Assembly: GCA_965652025.1 (NCBI GenBank)
Contig: CBFGTM010000007.1
Location: forward strand, 19,817-83,816
From: an uncultured Gemmatimonadales bacterium
GTDB taxonomy: Bacteria > Gemmatimonadota > Gemmatimonadetes > Gemmatimonadales > GWC2-71-9
Length of the DNA: 64,000 nt
Reading direction: 5' to 3'
How positions within the stretch are numbered: position 1 is the first letter of the stretch; each line of letters starts with the position of its first letter. This document shows positions 16,647 through 25,578 of the stretch, piece by piece. Below the pieces are notes generated by a model. It saw nothing but the letters and a program-made list of their open reading frames with translations. It was not told the origin of the DNA and searched no databases. Both the position numbers and the translations under genes were made by a program.

Positions 16647-17345
16647 TTGGAGCTTGGTGTGAGCGCCGCAGCCGCCAGCGAGTCACTGACCCGGTCGGTC
16701 GAAGACTACCTCAAAGCCATCTATCAGCTGTCCCCCGAAGGCCGGGCGGCCTCGACCAGTGAGATTGCCCATCTGCTGGCGCTTTCCCCGCCATCGGTAA
16801 CCGGGATGGTCAAGCGCCTTTCAGAGCACGGGCTGCTGGAGCACATCCCCTATCGGGGTGTTCAGCTCACCGAGGAGGGAAGGCGTGCAGCCCTCCGGAT
16901 GGTTCGGCGGCACCGACTCATCGAGGCCTACCTGGTCGAGTTTCTGGGTTACTCCTGGGATACGGTCCACGAAGAGGCCGAGCGGCTGGAGCATGCGGTA
17001 TCGGATACCCTGGTTGAGCGGATGGCCAACGCCCTGGGGAATCCAGTAGTCGATCCTCATGGCGACCCCATCCCCGCCGCCGACGGGTCCATCCAGGAAC
17101 TGACCTGCACCCCGTTGTCGGACATACCGGTTGGAGAGACGGTGGAAGTTCACCGGGTCCATGCCAGCGAACCGGAACGACTGCGCTACATCGCTTCTCT
17201 CGGGCTGGTGCCCGGTGCCCGGGTGACCGTGGTGGACCGTCAGCCCTTTGACGACTTGGTGACGATCGAGGTGGCCGGCCAGCAGCACGTCATCGGGCGG
17301 GAGCTGGGGCATGTACTGCAGTGCGCCAGGACGGCTGACCTATGA
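16647..17345 (+). CDS. DtxR/MntR-family metal-dependent transcriptional regulator with C-terminal FeoA/SH3-like domain
   Basis: [15 protein letters not shown] ...[21 protein letters not shown], metal-site region [13 protein letters not shown] start at 16647 (GTG 16659 is the alternative). Overlaps the mntH start. Confidence 0.85.
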   Translation: MELGVSAAAASESLTRSVEDYLKAIYQLSPEGRAASTSEIAHLLALSPPSVTGMVKRLSEHGLLEHIPYRGVQLTEEGRRAALRMVRRHRLIEAYLVEFLGYSWDTVHEEAERLEHAVSDTLVERMANALGNPVVDPHGDPIPAADGSIQELTCTPLSDIPVGETVEVHRVHASEPERLRYIASLGLVPGARVTVVDRQPFDDLVTIEVAGQQHVIGRELGHVLQCARTADL

Positions 17346-18697
17346 GCGCTGCGTCCACCCCGCCGATCAACGAACTGGCCTGGCGGTATCCTAGGACCCT
17401 TCCCAGCCTCCCCGAGTCCTACCACTCGGTCGAGATCCCAAGAGGAGTGTCCGTCTGGCGCAAGGCGCTGGCCTTCGCCGGACCAGGGTACATGGTGGCC
17501 GTGGGGTACATGGACCCCGGCAACTGGGCTACCGACCTCGCGGGCGGCGCCCGGTTCGGCTACGCACTCCTGAGCGTGATTTTGCTGTCCAACCTGATGG
17601 CCATCCTGCTCCAGGCGCTGGCGCTCAAACTCGGCATCGCCACCGGCCGCGACCTGGCCCAGGCTTGCCGAGACCACTATTCGCGTCCGGTAAGCTTCGT
17701 CCTCTGGGTGCTGTGCGAGATCGCCATTGCCGCCTGCGATCTGGCTGAGGTGATCGGATCGGCCATCGCGCTCAACCTGCTGTTCGGCATTCCGCTGATC
17801 TGGGGCGTGTGCCTCACGGCATTCGACGTGCTGCTCATCCTTCTGCTGCAGAACAAGGGCTTCCGCTATCTCGAGGCGTTCGTGATCACGCTGGTGGCCA
17901 CCATCGGGGTGTGCTTCGCGGTGGAGCTGGCCATGGCTCGGCCGGAGATTGCCGCCGTTGCCAGGGGCCTGGTGCCTACTGCGCAGATCGTGACCAATCC
18001 GATGATGCTCTATATCGCTATCGGTATCCTCGGCGCCACGGTCATGCCGCACAATCTGTATCTGCACTCCTCCATCGTGCAGACCCGCAAGGTGCTGCCG
18101 GATGCTCAGTCGAAGCGGGAGGCCATCCGATTCGCCACCTTGGACTCGACCGTCGCACTGCTGTTCGCGTTCTTCATCAACGCCGCCATCCTGATCCTGG
18201 CTGCGGCCACGTTCCATAACACCGGCCACCAGGACGTGGCCGACATTGGGGACGCCTATCACCTGCTGACGCCGCTGCTGGGGGCCACACTCGCCAGCAC
18301 TCTCTTTGCCGTGGCGCTGTTGGCCGCGGGGCAGAACTCCACCATCACCGGTACCCTGGCCGGCCAGATCGTAATGGAGGGGTTTCTCAACATCCGGCTT
18401 CCGGCATGGCTGAGACGGCTCATTACCCGGCTCATCGCCATCGTCCCGGCAGTGATCGTCACCGCTCTGTATGGCGAACGGGGCGCCGGCGGGTTGCTCA
18501 TCCTGAGCCAGGTGATCCTGAGCCTTCAGCTCTCCTTCGCGGTGGTCCCGCTGGTGTTTTTCACCAGTCAACGCCGGAAGATGGGTGAGTTCGTGAACAG
18601 CAGGCCTCTCGCCGCGCTGGCCTGGGTGGTGGCAGCCACGATCGTGGGACTGAACGCCTGGCTGCTGCTGGGAACATTTCGAATCTGGATGGCTTAA
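17342..18697 (+). CDS. mntH: NRAMP-family divalent metal (Mn2+/Fe2+) transporter
   Basis: 451 aa. [20 protein letters not shown] (DPGN motif), [12 protein letters not shown], about 11 hydrophobic helices. Confidence 0.9.
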   Translation: MSAASTPPINELAWRYPRTLPSLPESYHSVEIPRGVSVWRKALAFAGPGYMVAVGYMDPGNWATDLAGGARFGYALLSVILLSNLMAILLQALALKLGIATGRDLAQACRDHYSRPVSFVLWVLCEIAIAACDLAEVIGSAIALNLLFGIPLIWGVCLTAFDVLLILLLQNKGFRYLEAFVITLVATIGVCFAVELAMARPEIAAVARGLVPTAQIVTNPMMLYIAIGILGATVMPHNLYLHSSIVQTRKVLPDAQSKREAIRFATLDSTVALLFAFFINAAILILAAATFHNTGHQDVADIGDAYHLLTPLLGATLASTLFAVALLAAGQNSTITGTLAGQIVMEGFLNIRLPAWLRRLITRLIAIVPAVIVTALYGERGAGGLLILSQVILSLQLSFAVVPLVFFTSQRRKMGEFVNSRPLAALAWVVAATIVGLNAWLLLGTFRIWMA

Positions 18698-18719
18698 GCA
18701 GGCCCCTTCACCGGCTGAT

Positions 18720-19751
18720 TTGCCCGGAGCGAAACCAATGTCGGAACCGTCGTTAACCCGAAGAGATCTGCTGAAGGCCGGCGCCCTGGGCACGGTGGGA
18801 CTGGCGGCCGGCGGAACGGTGCTCGCGCTCCCGGGCTTGGCTCAGGGAGATGCCAAGGCTGGGCAGGGCCAGGCTTCTCACCACGACATGATGACCGTGG
18901 GTCAGCTCGCCCCCGGGACCCCCGATCCGACCCGATTTCTGACCCAGTTCGACACCGGAAACGTCTCCCGGCTGCCCTCAGGCCAGGTCCTGCGGGAGTA
19001 CGAGCTGGTGGCCGAAGATCGGGAGATCGAGGTGGCCCCAGGGGTGTTCTATCCCGCCTGGACCTACAACGGCCAGGTACCCGGCCCCACGATTCGTTGC
19101 ACTGAGGGAGACCGGATCCGGGTGCGCTTCACCAACCGTGGCCGCCACTCCCACAGTATTCATTTTCACGGTGTCCACCCGTCGAACATGGACGGAGCGT
19201 TCGAGCCGGTGCACCCGGGCCGAAGCTTCGTTTACGAGTTCGACGCGGAGCCATTCGGACTGCACCTGTATCACTGCCACACGGTCCCCATCAAGCGTCA
19301 CATCCACAAGGGACTCTACGGCGCGTTCATTATCGATCCCAAGGCCCCCCGGCCCCCGGCGCGGGAGCTGGTGATGGTGATGAACGGATTCGATACCAAC
19401 ATCGACGGCGAAAATGAGGTATATGCCGTCAACACGGTCGCCTTCCACTACCAGAAGCATCCCATCACTCTGCAGAAGGGTGAGCTGGTGCGGGTGTATC
19501 TGGTGAACGTGACCGAGTTCGATCTGCTCAATTCCTTCCACCTGCACGGCAACCTGTTCCGACTCTATCGGACGGGCACCGATCTCGAGCGCTATGAATG
19601 GACCGATATCGTGGCGCTTTGCCAGGGAGAGCGGGCGGTGCTGGAATTCACCTACAAGCACACCGGTCCCTTCATGTTCCACGCTCACCAGAGCGAATTC
19701 GCGGAGCTCGGCTGGAGCGGCATCTTCCTGGTGCAGGCGCCCCATGTCTAA
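18720..19751 (+). CDS. Tat-exported multicopper oxidase family protein
   Basis: Twin-arginine signal TRRDLLKAGALG. Copper-ligand-like motifs HSIHFHGVH, LYHCHTVPIKRHIHKGLYG, HLHGNLF, FMFHAHQ. Confidence 0.75.
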   Translation: MPGAKPMSEPSLTRRDLLKAGALGTVGLAAGGTVLALPGLAQGDAKAGQGQASHHDMMTVGQLAPGTPDPTRFLTQFDTGNVSRLPSGQVLREYELVAEDREIEVAPGVFYPAWTYNGQVPGPTIRCTEGDRIRVRFTNRGRHSHSIHFHGVHPSNMDGAFEPVHPGRSFVYEFDAEPFGLHLYHCHTVPIKRHIHKGLYGAFIIDPKAPRPPARELVMVMNGFDTNIDGENEVYAVNTVAFHYQKHPITLQKGELVRVYLVNVTEFDLLNSFHLHGNLFRLYRTGTDLERYEWTDIVALCQGERAVLEFTYKHTGPFMFHAHQSEFAELGWSGIFLVQAPHV

Positions 19752-20976
19752 TCTCGAACTGCCGGTACAGCCGGACAGCACTCCCTTGGCGGCCCCCTCG
19801 CGAGTGGCATCGCAGCGGGGAATTCCGCTCTGGTTCAAGGGCCTCGCGCCGCTGGTCCTGCTCGCGGCCCTGGTCGCCGTCTTTTTCCGAGTCGGTCCGC
19901 TCGGAGTCTTTCGCCAGAACTTCCCACCGGTTGAACAGCTGACGGTCGAGCGTATCCGGCTGCCGCAGGCCGGACTCATGGAAGTGGAGGTGGTCAACGG
20001 TGGGCCAGAGCCGGTCACCGTGGCGCAGGTAATGGTGGACGACGCCAACTGGGTTCACAGCCTGAACGGGAGCCGGACCCTGGAGCGGCTGGAGAGCCGG
20101 ATCATCAGCATTCCCTACCCCTGGGTAGAGGGAGAGCCTCACAGCGTGGCGCTGGTCAGCAGCACCGGCTTGACCTTCACCGGCGAGGTACCGGTCGCCA
20201 CCCGCTCACCCGCCATCGATGCCCGATACCTCACCACCTTTGCCCTGCTCGGAGTTTACGCGGGGGTGATTCCGGTCTTTATCGGCCTGCTGTGGCTGCC
20301 CTTCGTGCGATCGGTGGGACGTCGCTGGATCGATTTCCTGCTGAGCCTCACCATTGGTCTACTCATCTTCCTCGGCGTCAGCTCATTGATCGAAGCGACG
20401 GAAACCGCCAGCCTGGTGCCGGCCGCGTTCCAGGGCCATGCCCTGGTGCTGCTCGGCGCGGTGGGAACGCCACTCCTGTTGGCCGCAGTCGGCCGCTGGC
20501 GTGCAAGGGAGCGGGGGGAACGGTCGCCGCTGTACGTTGCCGCCCTCATCGCGCTGGGCATCGGACTGCACAATCTGGGAGAGGGACTGGCGATAGGTAC
20601 CTCATATGCCAGTGGAGAGATCGCGCTGGGCACCTTCCTGGTGATCGGGTTCCTGCTGCATAACACCACCGAGGGGCTCGGCATTGTTACGCCGCTGGCG
20701 CAGGAACGCCCGCGGCTCGGCTCGCTCATCCTTCTCGGGATTCTCGCCGGTCTCCCGACCGTATTGGGGGCTTGGATCGGTGGATTTACCTACTCTCCGG
20801 CATGGACCACTTTCTTCCTCGCGGTTGGGGCCGGAGCCATCGCACAGGTGGTCTACGAGTTGGGCCGACTCTTTGCCCGCCGCTCGGGAGCCGCACTCCA
20901 GGCGCCGCTTAACGTAGCCGGTGTGCTCACGGGGATGATGATCATGTACGCCACCGGGCTTCTAGTCCCGGTGTGA
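19744..20976 (+). CDS. ZIP-family metal transporter with N-terminal extracytoplasmic domain
   Basis: HNLGEGLAIG and HNTTEGLGIV (HNxxEG motifs) and multiple TM helices. ATG 19744 overlaps the oxidase stop (ATGTCTAA). The track's upstream extension to 19594 lies inside the oxidase gene. Confidence 0.7.
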   Translation: MSNLELPVQPDSTPLAAPSRVASQRGIPLWFKGLAPLVLLAALVAVFFRVGPLGVFRQNFPPVEQLTVERIRLPQAGLMEVEVVNGGPEPVTVAQVMVDDANWVHSLNGSRTLERLESRIISIPYPWVEGEPHSVALVSSTGLTFTGEVPVATRSPAIDARYLTTFALLGVYAGVIPVFIGLLWLPFVRSVGRRWIDFLLSLTIGLLIFLGVSSLIEATETASLVPAAFQGHALVLLGAVGTPLLLAAVGRWRARERGERSPLYVAALIALGIGLHNLGEGLAIGTSYASGEIALGTFLVIGFLLHNTTEGLGIVTPLAQERPRLGSLILLGILAGLPTVLGAWIGGFTYSPAWTTFFLAVGAGAIAQVVYELGRLFARRSGAALQAPLNVAGVLTGMMIMYATGLLVPV

Positions 20977-20978
20977 TC

Positions 20979-21088
20979 GTGAAAAGCGTGAGCGGTGAGC
21001 GGTTAGCAGTGAGCGGGAAGCATACTATGACCCGGGTTTTCTTTTCTCTTCTGCTCCTGCTCACCGTTCACCGCTCGCCGCTGACCGG
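20979..21088. repeat. Inverted pair of GTGAGCG-type heptamer arrays (left arm 20979-21021, right arm 21053-21088)
   Basis: Left arm: gtgaaaagc gtgagcg gtgagcg gttagca gtgagcg ggaagc. Reverse complement of the right arm: cggtcag cggcgag cggtgaa cggtgag caggagc. ATG 21027 lies in the spacer. Confidence 0.8.
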
Positions 21089-21821
21089 CCAGATACAGGA
21101 CAACAGCTTCCTGCTGGAAGAGGCCTATAACCAGGAGGCTGGAGTCGTCCAGCACATCAACGCATTTTCCCGCTCTTCTGAGGGCGACTGGGCCTACTCG
21201 TTTACCCAGGAATGGCCCCTCGGCGGCATCCGTCACCAGCTCAGTTACACTATCCCCGTTCAGCATGCTGAGGATACCGGCACCGGGCTCGCGGATGTCG
21301 CTCTGAACTATCGCTATCAGTTGATCGGCAACCCCAAGGCGCGCACCGTAATGGCCCCCCGCTTCAGCGTCTTGTTTCCCACCGGCGATGATGAGTTCGA
21401 GCGGGGAACCGGAGGGGTCAGCTATCAGGCGAACCTTCCCCTGACGCTCGTCCTCGGGCCGGCATTCACCACTCACTGGAACGCAGGCGCGACGCTCAGT
21501 CCCAGCGCCCACAATGCGCTGGGCGCACAGGCTACCACGACCAGCATCAACCTCGGCGCCAGCGCCATTTGGCTGATGCGGCCAGCAGTGAACCTGGTGC
21601 TGGAGACGGTCTGGCTCAGTACGGAATCAGTGGTAGGGGAGGGTGCCACCGATCGGGAGGAGTTCTTCCTGCTGAACCCAGGTATCCGCGTCGCGTTCGA
21701 TCTGTCCGGAGACCTGCAGATAGTTCCTGGGATCGCCTACACGATCGGGTTGCATCCAGCGGAGTTGAACAACGCAGTCTTCCTCTATCTCAGTCTCGAG
21801 CATCCCTTCAAGCGTCAGTAA
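21027..21821 (+). CDS. Putative outer-membrane beta-barrel protein (family uncertain)
   Basis: Signal peptide MTRVFFSLLLLLTV and an alternating beta-strand-like pattern. Weak resemblance to MetA-pathway/transporter-type OM proteins. Confidence 0.45.
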   Translation: MTRVFFSLLLLLTVHRSPLTGQIQDNSFLLEEAYNQEAGVVQHINAFSRSSEGDWAYSFTQEWPLGGIRHQLSYTIPVQHAEDTGTGLADVALNYRYQLIGNPKARTVMAPRFSVLFPTGDDEFERGTGGVSYQANLPLTLVLGPAFTTHWNAGATLSPSAHNALGAQATTTSINLGASAIWLMRPAVNLVLETVWLSTESVVGEGATDREEFFLLNPGIRVAFDLSGDLQIVPGIAYTIGLHPAELNNAVFLYLSLEHPFKRQ

Positions 21822-22753
21822 CCAACGATTCTCCTCAGCTCCGCCAGCCGCTCGTCCCGCGCCCCCTTGAGCACATCGGCTTCGCCATCGTAGGCCCGCT
21901 CGATCAGCCGGATCAGGTGCTGGTGCTCGCTGTGCGAGAGCTGAAAGCTGGTGTCGCCCTCCCAGCGGGTTTCCAGGGCCCGCAGCATTGCGCTGAGCTG
22001 GGCGGTCTGCCGCTCCCCGGCTGCCAGGTAGACCGTCTGGAAAGGTCCCGCTGCAGCCCAACCCGCGGCCAGTCCTGAGGACATCAGGGCGTCCACGTCG
22101 CGAACCTCGAGTACTCCGTCGAGCACCAGCCGGATGCACTCCCGCCACACGGCCACCGCTATCCTCCCCGTCGCATTCCCGGGGACTTCCTTCCGCAGCA
22201 CCACCGGCAGCCGGCCGAGCCTCCGGAGCCAGTTACGCAGCTCGTCCAGGACAGCCGGGTCGGTCTGCGGCCCCGGCACCACCTCGATTGCTGGGATATG
22301 CTCGACCGGTTCGAGGGCGTAAGCCACCAGCAGCCGGGTAGGCCGCCGCAGCCGGGCGCAGAGGTCGGTAGGGGAAATGCCTGGGGCGCTGCTGGTCAGG
22401 ATGGCGGCGAGCCGAGCCGCCCGCTCCACCTGCTCCAGCAGGCGCTGGCGGTGCGAGAGGTCGCCTGGAGTGGCATCGATGATCCAGTCCGCGTTGGTCA
22501 CCGCATCCAGGAGGCTACGTCCCAGCCGCGGCCCGTTGGATCCGGGGTCCTCCCGTTGGTCCCGCGTGGCTGGAATGCCCGAGCCGACGGACTGACGCCT
22601 CCGGCTGGCGATATCCTCCTCGCCACTGCGCAGCAGCGCCGCATCCGGGTCGTAAATGGTCAGCGGCCACCCGGCCCCGGACACGAGTGTGGCCCATCCC
22701 CGTCCCAATTCGGTCATGCCCAGCACTGCCACCCTCGGGCTCTGCGCGACCAT
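21815..22753 (-). CDS. 3-hydroxyacyl-CoA dehydrogenase-family protein, divergent
   Basis: Layout RVAVLGMTELGRGWA...ILTSSAPGIS...LLVAYALEPVEHIPAIEVVPG follows the 3HCDH pattern. The GxGxxG motif is degenerate and the usual HFFNP His appears replaced (YALEP). Confidence 0.5.
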   Translation of the reverse strand: MVAQSPRVAVLGMTELGRGWATLVSGAGWPLTIYDPDAALLRSGEEDIASRRRQSVGSGIPATRDQREDPGSNGPRLGRSLLDAVTNADWIIDATPGDLSHRQRLLEQVERAARLAAILTSSAPGISPTDLCARLRRPTRLLVAYALEPVEHIPAIEVVPGPQTDPAVLDELRNWLRRLGRLPVVLRKEVPGNATGRIAVAVWRECIRLVLDGVLEVRDVDALMSSGLAAGWAAAGPFQTVYLAAGERQTAQLSAMLRALETRWEGDTSFQLSHSEHQHLIRLIERAYDGEADVLKGARDERLAELRRIVGY

Positions 22754-22850
22754 GAGAGCTCCTCAGTTCAATCAAGTCAGGGACGGAATCACCCTAACTA
22801 CCTTACGACGCAGGCTCTAACCAGCCGACGTTCCCGGCTGAAAGGAAGTT

Positions 22851-23690
22851 ATGACCCCACTCGTTCGGCAATCGGGAAGACTCCTGGGTCTTTTGACCAT
22901 GGCTCTGTCCTCCCGGCTGCCCGCGCAGTTGCCCGAGATCGCCATCGAGCGCCGGCTGGCCACCGAGCTGGACCTCGCGGTCGGGGATACCATACGCCTT
23001 GGCCCTGCGGCCGACTCGATTCGCTTCGCCGGGGTTGTCGCCGCCGTTTACGAGCCCAGGTCCGATCCAGCCGAAATCGCCAAGGTCGAGTGGCATCTGA
23101 GAATGCATCTGCCGGACCTCACCCGTCTATTGGGCACCCCGGACCGGGTGGATCGTCTAAGTATCGGCCTCAAGGGTGGTATTTCTGCAGATTCGGCGGC
23201 TGCACGGCTTAACCGCAGCGCCTACGGATACCGGGCCCACAGCTCCCGGGTGATTGCCTCGGAATCTTCGCAGACCTTCCGGGTAGTGAGCCGGTTTCAT
23301 CGGGCTATCGCCATCATCACCATTGTGGCGAGCGCGGTCTTCCTGCTCTGCATCATGTTGCTCAAAGTCGAGGAGCGCCGGCTCGATGCCGCAGTGATGC
23401 GGTTTGTCGGCGTCCGCCGCCGGACCATCTTCGGGGCCCTGCTGCTCGAGGCGGTTCTGATAGCCGCTCTGGGCTCGCTGCTCGGCACCGGCCTGGCCTA
23501 TCTGGCAGGGGCCGCCACCAACGCTTACTATCGCCGATTCTTCGATACCCTGCTCACTTTCTCCCTCATCACCCCCGACATCGTCTGGTTCAGCGTGATG
23601 CTCTCGCTGGTTCTAGGGGCGGGGGCGGGCGCCGTGGCGGCATGGAGGCTGGTGCACACCAAGCCGCTGGTGCTTTGGGGCCGCGGATGA
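22851..23690 (+). CDS. FtsX-like ABC transporter permease (short form)
   Basis: 279 aa. A soluble segment followed by three C-terminal TM helices typical of the FtsX/MacB permease fold. First gene of a coupled four-gene string. Confidence 0.6.
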   Translation: MTPLVRQSGRLLGLLTMALSSRLPAQLPEIAIERRLATELDLAVGDTIRLGPAADSIRFAGVVAAVYEPRSDPAEIAKVEWHLRMHLPDLTRLLGTPDRVDRLSIGLKGGISADSAAARLNRSAYGYRAHSSRVIASESSQTFRVVSRFHRAIAIITIVASAVFLLCIMLLKVEERRLDAAVMRFVGVRRRTIFGALLLEAVLIAALGSLLGTGLAYLAGAATNAYYRRFFDTLLTFSLITPDIVWFSVMLSLVLGAGAGAVAAWRLVHTKPLVLWGRG

Positions 23691-24880
23691 GTGGGCTGGG
23701 TTGGGGTCTGAAAAGTCTGCGCCGTCACCGTTTGCGCTCCGCACTCTCGGTGGCCGGCATAGCGATCTCCGCCGCGCTATTGCTGGACATGGTCATGCTG
23801 AGTGGGGGGATTGAGCGCTCCTTCGCCGAGATGCTGCTGGCTCGGGGCTTCCAGATTCGCCTTACGCCCAAGGGCACGCTGCCCTTCGATACCGAGGCGA
23901 CTCTCACCGGTGCCGGCCGTCTGGTGGAAGCCGTCCGGCGGGTGCCCGCGGTGGAGGCTGCCGGGGCAGTCCTGGGAGCCTCGCTGCACGCCCGCAGCGG
24001 AGATTCTCTAGTCACGCTCTTCGGGTACGGTATTCAGCCCGAGGCCCAGGCACTTTACACCATGCTCTCGGGGTCGGATCTCGCTCCGAGCGACAGTTCC
24101 GGTGTGCTGCTTAGCGAGCCGGCCTCCCGCCTGTTGCACGCGGCGGTAGGCGACAGCGTGACCTTAATTGGTCGGTTGGACCCACAGGTTGTCACCGAGC
24201 GGCTGGGCCGCACTCTGAAAGTGCGTGGCATCGTGCGGTGGGTGTACGACTATCGGGGCCAGCCCTCGGTGGGCACGGTATTGCCGGTTATGCAGTCGCT
24301 GGCCGGCCAGCGGAGCGACGATCGCGCATCCCTGCTCACGGTCCGGGCGGAGGCAGATAGCCTGGCTGCCACGGTCGCTGCCAGCCTGCGCCGCGAGTTC
24401 CCCCGGCTGGAGGTAAACAGCGTCGCCGATCTGGTGCGCCACTTCAAGCAGCGGCTGGTCTACTTCCGCCAGCTGGCATACATCCTCGGTTCCATGAGCC
24501 TCGTCGTAACGGTGCTGTTGATCGCCACGCTGCTCACTATCAACGTGAACGAGCGCCTGGGAGAGATTGCCACACTACGCGCTTTGGGCATCAGCCGGCG
24601 CACGGTCGTCCGCCAGATCATGCTGGAGGGCGCCGTCCTCACCACTCTGGGTTCGATCATCGGAATTGTCCTCGGACTCGTCACCGCGCGCTATCTGGAT
24701 AGCATCCTGACCAGCTTTCCCGGGCTACCGGCCGCGTTTTCGTTTTTCGTGCCCCGGCGGGACAGCCTGGCCACGGCCGGGATCGTTCTCTTCCTGACCG
24801 GTACGCTGGCGGCGCTGTACCCAGCCTGGCTCGCCGCCACATCCCCGGTGGCGGCGACTCTCCGGGCCGAGGCCACGTGA
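23687..24880 (+). CDS. FtsX/MacB-like ABC transporter permease
   Basis: N-terminal LKSLRRHRLRSALSVAGIAISAALLL, a periplasmic domain and a C-terminal FtsX triad. ATGA overlap at 23687. Confidence 0.8.
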   Translation: MSGLGWGLKSLRRHRLRSALSVAGIAISAALLLDMVMLSGGIERSFAEMLLARGFQIRLTPKGTLPFDTEATLTGAGRLVEAVRRVPAVEAAGAVLGASLHARSGDSLVTLFGYGIQPEAQALYTMLSGSDLAPSDSSGVLLSEPASRLLHAAVGDSVTLIGRLDPQVVTERLGRTLKVRGIVRWVYDYRGQPSVGTVLPVMQSLAGQRSDDRASLLTVRAEADSLAATVAASLRREFPRLEVNSVADLVRHFKQRLVYFRQLAYILGSMSLVVTVLLIATLLTINVNERLGEIATLRALGISRRTVVRQIMLEGAVLTTLGSIIGIVLGLVTARYLDSILTSFPGLPAAFSFFVPRRDSLATAGIVLFLTGTLAALYPAWLAATSPVAATLRAEAT

Positions 24881-25578
24881 CCGCGACGATTCCACCCGGC
24901 CCGGTCCTGGTGGCCAGCAGTGTGTCCAAAGACTATCCGATGAACGGTGGTGAAGCAGTCCACGCGCTGCGGGGTGTCTCACTGGAGATTCAGCGGGGCG
25001 AATTCGTTGCGGTTACCGGTCCGTCGGGGAGCGGCAAGTCGACTCTGCTACAGCTGATGGGGGGAATCGACACGCCCTCGTCCGGCACGGTCGAGCTCCT
25101 CGGTACCCGACTCGGATCCCTCTCCGATCGGGAGCTGACCCGGCTCAGGTTGACCCGGCTGGGCTTCATCTTCCAGCGGTTCCATCTTCTGCCGGTACTC
25201 ACCGCCCGGGAAAACGTGGAGTTGCCCATGGCCGAGGCAGGCGTGCCCCGCCCGGCCCGGCAGGAGCGGGCGGGTGAGCTCCTCCAGTACGTCGGCCTGG
25301 GGCATCGGGCTAACCATCGCGCCACCCAACTCTCCGGTGGTGAAATGCAGCGGGTGGCCATCGCCCGGGCCCTGGCCAATCGCCCTGCATTGCTGCTGGC
25401 CGACGAGCCCACCGGCGAGCTCGATGCCAGCACCGGGCGGGAGATCCTGGCGCTTTTCCGCCGGCTCCATCAGGACGGCACCACCATCGTGGTTGTCACT
25501 CACGACCAGCACCTGGCACAGCAGGCCGGGCGGATCATCCACATGCTGGACGGCCGGGTCCAGGCTACCGACTCATGA
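24877..25578 (+). CDS. ABC transporter ATP-binding protein (MacB/LolD type)
   Basis: Walker [12 protein letters not shown], signature [15 protein letters not shown], Walker [17 protein letters not shown] overlap at 24877. Confidence 0.9.
   Translation: MTATIPPGPVLVASSVSKDYPMNGGEAVHALRGVSLEIQRGEFVAVTGPSGSGKSTLLQLMGGIDTPSSGTVELLGTRLGSLSDRELTRLRLTRLGFIFQRFHLLPVLTARENVELPMAEAGVPRPARQERAGELLQYVGLGHRANHRATQLSGGEMQRVAIARALANRPALLLADEPTGELDASTGREILALFRRLHQDGTTIVVVTHDQHLAQQAGRIIHMLDGRVQATDS

Noticed and set aside
17240-18793. 517-aa minus-strand ORF
   Set aside because: Antisense to mntH, which has unambiguous NRAMP motifs. Its composition is Arg/Gly/His/Pro/Gln-rich with no motifs. This is the long antisense ORF artefact typical of high-GC DNA.
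18978-20048. 356-aa minus-strand ORF
   Set aside because: Antisense to the multicopper oxidase and ZIP genes, both of which have metal-ligand motifs. No motifs of its own.
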